Notes under the pieces: model-generated
Told to the model about the DNA's origin: nothing
Database searches by the model: none
What the model saw: the letters and a program-made list of their open reading frames with translations, nothing else
Position numbers and translations under genes: made by a program
Part shown: positions 56,603 through 64,000 of the stretch, piece after piece
How the letters are laid out: each line of letters begins with the position of its first letter
Position numbering within the stretch: position 1 is the first letter of the stretch
Source of the DNA: the human T2T-CHM13v2.0 reference genome, Homo sapiens
NCBI RefSeq assembly: GCF_009914755.1
Contig: NC_060930.1
Strand: one strand, 5' to 3'
Length of the DNA: 64,000 nucleotides

Positions 56603-59349
56603 TTTAAAGTAGAAGATCTTACGAGACATTTGCTGTTATAACATCCCCTTGTGTGATTTCTCTTGGGTTTAATTATGAGGTAAATGGAATGTAAAATTAC
56701 CATGTATGAAGTCATATTTTCTGAGGCTTTGCTAATTGTGGCACTTCAACACTCAATTACTTTTGAAGCGTGTGAGAATGAAAAAGATTGAGTTTTCTAA
56801 TTGTGGTTGGTGAAATCTAATCAAATTCTCAGGAGTGAAAATAGATTTTTGCATCAGTGAGACTTGCCTTGTGGAAAGAAAGGGTAATCTTTTCTAGGGT
56901 TAATCTTGTGGCTGTACATGATGTTACTTTATCACAGTTATGCAGTTGTCTTATCACTTATCACGGACCTTCAGTGAAATCACTGGCAAAAAGACCCAAA
57001 ATTAGTATTTTGGATGGATGACTTCCAACTTTTAACTGGGTTATAGCAGATGCTCCATACTGAGCTATGCATTCAATTATATAGGTTTTTCTTTCATTTT
57101 CACAAAGTCTCCTGGAACCCTGGTGCATGCTGTCTTGATTCACCATCACATAGCAGTGTAGATCAGTAATCTCCATTTCTCCAAATGCATTTCAATACTT
57201 CTCTCTCCATTCCCATCTCTCTGGGCCCTAACTGATAATTGAACTCAGAATTGCAGCTCTCAAGGTGCTTGCAAAGGGATATAATCTGAGTTACTCCCAA
57301 GCAATACCTTCCCCAAAATCAGGCAAAGAAGATCATCTATGAAAATTGCCTCAGTGCAGCATGTTCCAAACCCTTTAAATAGACTCACACTGGGAGGTAC
57401 ATTTTGCATCATGACCCTGTACATACAATGGAAGTAAATATTAACATATTTCTCAAAACACTCTGATTTTTCAAACTATTCTTGTTTATTATATTTTTTT
57501 AAGTTGGTTGCAACGCTCTGAAATAATTTTACCCACTAACAGATGCAAACTGTAGTTTGAAGATCACTGCCATAAAAGATATAAAGTTTAGCATTCATCT
57601 AAATATTATCTAATCTAAATAATAGTTCACTAGGGGGCATTTCACCTTGGCCACTTTAAAAGTACCCCTCTAATCCCCCACCCCCATGGGTCTGAATTGC
57701 TTTTACTGAGTTGTACTTTGGCTTGATGCTATAAGGCAATATGAGAATAATTCCTATGTTAATTGCTGATAATGCTATTGAGAACTTTGTTCACTACACT
57801 ACACAGTCTCCTCTCTCTAAGGACCAAGTGTAGAAATCTTTCTGTTGTCCCTGTAAGGAATAATGGTGATTAACCTAGGATACCAGATTATTTCTCCTTA
57901 TGAAAAAACCTAGTGTTTCCTTACTCACATTGCCAGTTAGAAGCCCTAGTTTTGCATCCACTGCCTACCTCTAACAAGTACTTGGGGTTTTGTAGCTACA
58001 ATTTGAGGATTTAATCTCACTCCTAATTTAGTTTTACTGTCCTTTATTTTTTCCTTTGTGTCACATGTCTTGCTGGTCTAACATTCATTTTAACTTGTTT
58101 TCTTTTTAATATCTTTTTGTGTCACTTTAAATCTTTGTGAAACAAAAGAGAAAAAGATAAAGAGGAAAGAGCAAAGGAAGAGAGAGAGAATAGTTTCCAT
58201 GTATAGCAAGAAGACTCAAGGTTTTTAGGTCTTTATTCCTTACATTTTCAAACTAAAATTATATGAAGGTACAAATTCAGAACACTTTGTCCTACCTGTA
58301 TCAGAAACAATAATTATAAGAGAAACCATTTTGTTGATATCTTAAAGTTAATATTAAATAATTTTACAGCTTTACTGAAGCTATTTCATATGCAATATAA
58401 ACAATGCCTGGACCAGTAAGGAACAACTTCAGGCAAAATCTGTAATTGTATATGATTTGCCATAATGCCAAAGAGTGCAGTATTTTCTTCATGGCCAAGA
58501 AAAGTGTTGAAACACTATTTGGTGCCTAAACTGAAAAGAGAGTTTCTTCTGAAAGAAGCAAATAACAGGCATTTACCAGTGGCCAAGGTGACTGTGGCTT
58601 CAAATACATTTCTAAGTAACGAAATGTCAGGATATTAGAAGACAGATAAAATCAACCATGAAAATGTGTGTTTGGCTCTATTTTTAAAAAAACCTTCTTG
58701 ACGTAGTTCAAAATGAAGGAAATTATTTGGTGACACCAACAATGAAGTAAAATTAATTTTTTGATGATGTTTTGGAAAATCACATTAAAGTTAGACTTTT
58801 TAAAGTAACACCCAAGCTGAAAAGCTGACTTATTAAGTCTATATTGATTGAGTAGGTCAAATATTAATATCCATCCCACTATTTTTGAGCAGATTTTATG
58901 CTCTTACTATACTGTGTTTGTTAATTTCAGGATACTAGTACATAAGTAATCAATGGCAACACCATTTTCTTTAATAGCCTGTCTCTAAGAGCTAAATGAA
59001 CTATTCTGATGCTACTTTGACTTTACTGTTTCCCCTTCCTACCCTCGATCCAGTTTTTCATCACAACTACATGGTTATATCAAACAGTGACAAAAAGCAG
59101 ACAGCAGGAACAAAAATAATCGTATGGAGCAGTTTAAAAACAGATATTTGTACATATTTGGCAAATAGGTACCTTTTCATTAGGTAAACAGTAGTAGGAA
59201 AAGAGATTGATAAAAGGACTGTAATTATGACATACAATATCAGATTAATTATTTGAATACTTTATCTCCATGTATAAGGAATAGTCTATGTATGACTAGG
59301 TTTTAGTTATGCCAAGAAATTAAGTAATAACGTGACAGTTAATAAATAA

Positions 59350-61150
59350 CTTTGTTGAAGAAAGATCTAGTGAAAAGGGATTGCTTCCACCATCCTATAG
59401 CACTCTCTTTTTGGAATCATGCCTCTGTGCTCCCCTGGTTTACCTCCCAGATCTTCCAGTCTTCTTTGATTGTCACCCTTCAGTCTCTATTGGCTTTGGA
59501 CCTCCCTCACTTCCTCAATCCAACCTCTAACTGGGAGTCTGTCAGCACTAAGTTTTGGCCCACTTCTACTCATAATACACACTCTCCCTGGATCATCCTA
59601 GCTATCACTGGAGCTTTACACACCATCTACTTGTATCCCAAATGTACATTCTAGTTGCAACCATTCCTATGCACTCTATCATAATCATTCATTCTGTTAA
59701 TATTTATTCAATTATTGGGTGTCCACAATATACTAGGTATTATCTTGGGTACTGGAGATATAATGGAGAATTGACAAAGTCCTTGCCTTCATGGGGCTTA
59801 TTTTTAAGTGGGCAATCAGATCATAAACAAAATAAAGTAAAATATTCATATATGTTGGAAGCATTCATTGCTGGGGGAAAAAATTAAGCAGGATATGGGG
59901 AGAGAGTGTTGAAGTTGAAGGTAGAAGCCATTCTAGTTGAGTGATCAGGGAGGAATTTCTGAGGAGGTAATATTTGATCAGAGACCTGCATGGAGTAAAC
60001 CATAAGGGCCAAGCAAAGATCATGGAAAGAGGCTATCTAGCACAAGGAACAGTGAGCTCAAATGTTCTGGAACACGAATAGCATGGTGAGTTTCCATGAT
60101 GAGTAAGAAGACAAATGTACCTGAAGCAGAGTGAATGAGGGAAAGAAAGCAGGCAGATGGAATCTGAGAGCAGAGGCCGAAACAAGACTTGTCAGCCATT
60201 ATAAGAACTTTAGATTTTATTCTAACCAGGATACAAAACCAATAGAGGGTTTGAGCAAGTGAATGGTGTGTTTTGAACTAGTTGCCAACTTGCTATCTCT
60301 ACTTGAATGTCTCACAGGTATTTCCAACTTAACATGCTCCACACAGAACTTTTAATCTTCCCTCACCAAAAAACAAAATATAATCATCCTACTCCTTCTT
60401 CAGTTTTCCCCCATTTTAGCAAATGATACCAAGAACTATCCAATTTTTCAAGCCAGAAGCTTGCAAAATCATTCTGAATTCATCTATCTCCTTTAGCTCT
60501 CATAGTCATCCCATGCTAGGAAAAAAAAAAGAAAAAGCCTATACTTTTTATCTTCAAAACAGATGACTCTTCTACTTGCTTCTCTGTGCATCTCACAGAG
60601 AATGTCACCAACCTAGTCCAAGCTGTGATCATCCCTAACTCATGTTTCTAAATCACATCACAGGGGACAGATCTTTTATAATTTTGACTTTCTATTAATA
60701 GCTTTCCCATGCTTAAAGGAAAAGCCATCCTCTTTGCCATGATCTACAAGGCCCTGCATGATTAGTTCCAGGGCCAGTCTTTTGCAGTTTCACACTACTC
60801 TTTCCAACCTTCCTGTGCTCCAGCCACACTGACCTTTATCATTTCCTCGTACACATCTTTCTGACCTTAGGGCATTTGGCTTACTACTCTAAATCACTCT
60901 CTCACGGCTGGCTGTTTCTTATTCCTTCCATCTTAACCAACATGTCTCCTCCTCAGGGAGGAGTTCCCTGTCCACCCAATCCAGAGTTGTACTTCCCTAT
61001 CATTCTCTATCACAACATCCTGTCTGTTTACTTTATGTCACTTCTCATACTTCATAAGAGCAGAGACCATGTCTGTCTCATTCACCATTGTGTACACAGT
61101 CTCAGAATCATGCCTGGTGCATAGTAGGTACTTAATAAATATTGAATGAA
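59350..61150 (+). mobile_element. L2 LINE (+) split by an antisense L2; intact 3' tail
   Basis: Pieces 59350-59660 and 60283-61150 ending TGCCTGGTGCATAGTAGGTACTTAATAAATATTGAATGAA. Confidence 0.7.
59686..60280 (-). mobile_element. L2 LINE 3' region (antisense)
   Basis: CATTCATTC...TATTTATT tail, GGTACTGGAGATA, CCTTGCCTTCATGGGGCTTA, GAGGAGGTAATATTTGATCAGAGACCTG. Confidence 0.75.
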
Positions 61151-61429
61151 GGACAAGTTAGTATTGATGTCTCCCTGTGTCATGAAAAAATGTTAGCAAA
61201 CATCCAAGATCACGTATCTTTTTTAAAAAATAAACATTTTTCTAAAACAACAGCTGGAAAAAACAAAATTAAAGAATTAAATCTTATTACCTATTTTACT
61301 TTTATGTAAACTCGGTTACATATTTCCAAGGAGGAAAAAAAAGATTCTAAGAAATAATTAAAAGTAGAACTAAAATAGCAGCAATTTTTTGAAAACCACA
61401 CATTTCATGCATCAAATATTTTTTGAATG

Positions 61430-61640
61430 AAAGGGATAACATTTGAGTCTCTTCTGTGTCCTAGATACCATCCTAGACATGTTCTCTATCTCATAACACT
61501 CATCCTCACAACCATCCTGTATCTTAGAAACCATTCTGCCTAATTAATAGATGAGAAAACTGAAGCTCAGAATTGTCCAGTGACCTGCCTAAGATTATAC
61601 GACCAATTAGGACAGAAGCAGAATTCAAATTCAGCTGCCA
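61430..61640 (-). mobile_element. MIR SINE
   Basis: ATCCTCACAACCATCCTG...AGATGAGAAAACTGAAGCTCAGA...GTGACCTGCCTAAG. Confidence 0.75.
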
Positions 61641-62289
61641 ATTATGTTGCAGATACCATCTGAAAAAATTCTATTTTTTTCTAATCATAATATTTTAAAA
61701 ATCAATAAATGTCAATGCCATTTAATCAAAACTTAAAACATTGAATGAGAAAATGTTTTACTCTGACCTACAGCATGAAAAGAAAAAGTAAAATAAACTC
61801 TTTGGGCAAGCACAGTGCAGAACCCGTAACAGGTCAATGGCTGTTTATCATTTCAAAGATTTCTCAAATTTTGGTTATGGGTTTCTCTATCCTAAGGTAA
61901 ACATTCTTTTCATTAAACCTGTAATTTTATTTTTTCCTTGTATGAATTCCCTTGCTTATTAGTTTCTTTAATAGTAACGTTCAGTGTTTTAATGACAGTT
62001 AGTACCTATTAGCATTTTTTGTAAGATTTTTTTCAATGGCAAATATACCACCTATATCTTTATAAGTTAGTCTTCCAGTAGCCATTGAATGTATGATAGA
62101 AATAATCTATTATTTTCCTGAAGCTGAGTTTCTATTTCCTATTCTTGTTCAGTGAGCTCAAATATGCATATAAAGTATACATATCTGACTGCCCAAGAAG
62201 GGTGCATCTTCCTGGCATTTCATTATTCTGAGGAAAAGATGTCATCAATAACCCATTATGAATTAAGAATTACATCTTTTTCTAATCTC

Positions 62290-62350
62290 CTCACAGTTCC
62301 TGAAACATGGTGGCACTTAAATATTATTTGTTGAATGAATGAATAAATGT
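62290..62350 (+). mobile_element. L2 3' tail
   Basis: CACAGTTCCTGAAACATGGTGGCACTTAAATATTATTTGTTGAATGAATGAAT. Confidence 0.65.
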
Positions 62351-62849
62351 ATAAATGACTGACAGAATGCACATGAGCAGATGGAAGACATACGTGGATT
62401 TTTACTTTAAATATCAAACTCTCCTTTTCAGCCAGAGGCTATCGACTTTTTTAGAAAGTTGTTCCTTTTTTAAATTCTTAATATTTTATCATTTAATGCT
62501 TAAACCAATTTTTATCTTATAGCTTCATATCCACTATAAAAACACTTCTTATTTATTATAGAAAAAAAGAAAATATGTGTAAGAGACAGAACATAGAAAT
62601 CATCAATAATGCCCTTCTTCTCCCACACATAGCCAAATAATCTACAAATTAAAAAATAGCACTCAGTACTAAAAAATAGTATTCAGCATTTAAAAAGAAT
62701 GACAAATTATTTCTTATCTAAAAATACAATATTAAACATACAACAAACAATTAAAATGCTCCTCTTATTTTCCAATTTGGTATTTGTTAATCCCTTATTG
62801 GCAATAATATCTGCTGTGTTCTATTTATAACTTACTATGCATAATATAC

Positions 62850-63090
62850 TGATATACTGAGATAGGTTTTTTGCAGACATGGCACTGTGTGCTCTTCATA
62901 AGGACCTTTAAAGGAAGTACCATTCTCAACCATTTTTAAAAATGAGGAAACAAAGGCTTAGGAAGGTTAAACAAAGGCTTAGAAAAGTTAAACAATATAG
63001 AAGTAATTCAATTCTGACATGAGGTGCAGCTGGGATTCTAGCTTAGGCTAGTCAGATGCTAAAATCTACACTATTTCCCCACAGTACTTG
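62850..63090 (-). mobile_element. MIR SINE with internal 21-bp duplication
   Basis: CCATTTTTAAAAATGAGGAAACAAAGGCTTAG...GCAGCTGGGATTCTAGCTTAGG. Confidence 0.6.
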
Positions 63091-63244
63091 GCTATCTATA
63101 TTAAGTAGAACTACATGATATTGCCAATATTCAACGATTTTAGACATTAAAAATGGAAATTGCATCTTATTCTATTTGACACAAATATAATTCCTTTCCA
63201 TTATTACTCTAGAATCAAGTCCCATGACTTGCACAGGCATCAAA

Positions 63245-63440
63245 ATGTCAGGTTAAAAGCAGGTCTGAGAGGATGGGGGGTTCAAATCCTGGCTTCCCCG
63301 GTGACTAGCTGTGAGACCCTGAGCAAATCATCTTCACTACAGGGTTATTTTTCTGTTGAAAAAAATAGCATTGCCCTTCCCTGCATACTTCATAGGAATT
63401 CACTAAGAGAAAAATAGAATATACAAAACTGTAAAGGATA
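63245..63440 (+). mobile_element. MIR SINE
   Basis: GGGTTCAAATCCTGGCTTCCCC...ACTAGCTGTGAGACCCTGAGCAAATCA. Confidence 0.72.
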
Positions 63441-64000
63441 TAAAACTTAAAGTGATTATTATAAACAAACCTTCTAAATAAGGAAACCAACAAGCCACAT
63501 TCCTAAGTTACAAATGTGAAAGAGGAGAATTAGAAACCAGTGTATAAGGCCCTAAAGAGCCCTCTACAGTGCTGTTTGCTCAGTTTTTGATAAGAGTGTC
63601 AAGGCCAAAGCCAATCCTTCAGAACTCTGTGGCTAGTGATTCTGATAGCAAGGATCAATAGCCTAAATGTCAACCAGATGATTCAAAGTGCTTACACAAA
63701 AATTTGGCTTTATATGCAAAACCTCATCCCCATTCCTGGAAAGAGCTCAAAGCTGTATAAGAAATTGTTATTGGTATACTATGTAAAAGCCCTAATTGAG
63801 ATTTCAAGAAGCTCCCAGCTTTCTGAGCATCCTACATAAATCCAAAGAGAAAGAAATATTATTTCCGCTGGCAAAATATCAAATCCCAAGAACATGTGCC
63901 TAACCTGGAACAGGCTTCTTTAACAAGGACTTACAAGAACTCTGAGCTGCCCTTGAGGATTCATCTTTTCTTTTCTTTTCTTTTTTCTAAACAAGGTCTT

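Noticed and set aside
61690-61800. Strong minus-strand acceptor TTTTACTTTTTCTTTTCATGCTGTAG|G at 61767
   Set aside because: Followed by very AT-rich sequence with no convincing donor or coding character

Overview
Primate genomic DNA (AluY and L1PA2-type LINE-1 imply the ape/human lineage), AT-rich, intronic or intergenic. I can support no host protein-coding gene, RNA gene or CRISPR array. Essentially all long ORFs in the track come from transposable elements. The core is a ~25 kb LINE-1 pile-up (23.3-48.3 kb). It holds a full-length ancient L1MA1-3-type element (-) carrying a complete two-LTR THE1D provirus and an AluJ. Next to it is a three-tier nest: an L1MA5-type fragment (+) split by a full-length L1PA7 (-), which is itself split by an AluS and a full-length L1PA2 (-), with the two L1 target-site duplications clearly readable. 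The L1PA2 has an intact ORF1, an ORF2 broken only by two compensating small deletions, and an ORF0 whose frame is open but whose ATG is lost. The flanks hold Alus, MIR, L2, L3, MER5, MaLR/ERV LTRs, a twin-primed (5'-inverted) short L1PA7, microsatellites, small tandem duplications and a few unproven splice-site-bounded segments. Subfamily calls come from remembered consensus diagnostics, not a database search, and boundaries of old repeats are approximate. I did not find a convincing new biological system. The findings are retrotransposon-architecture observations and testable hypotheses.
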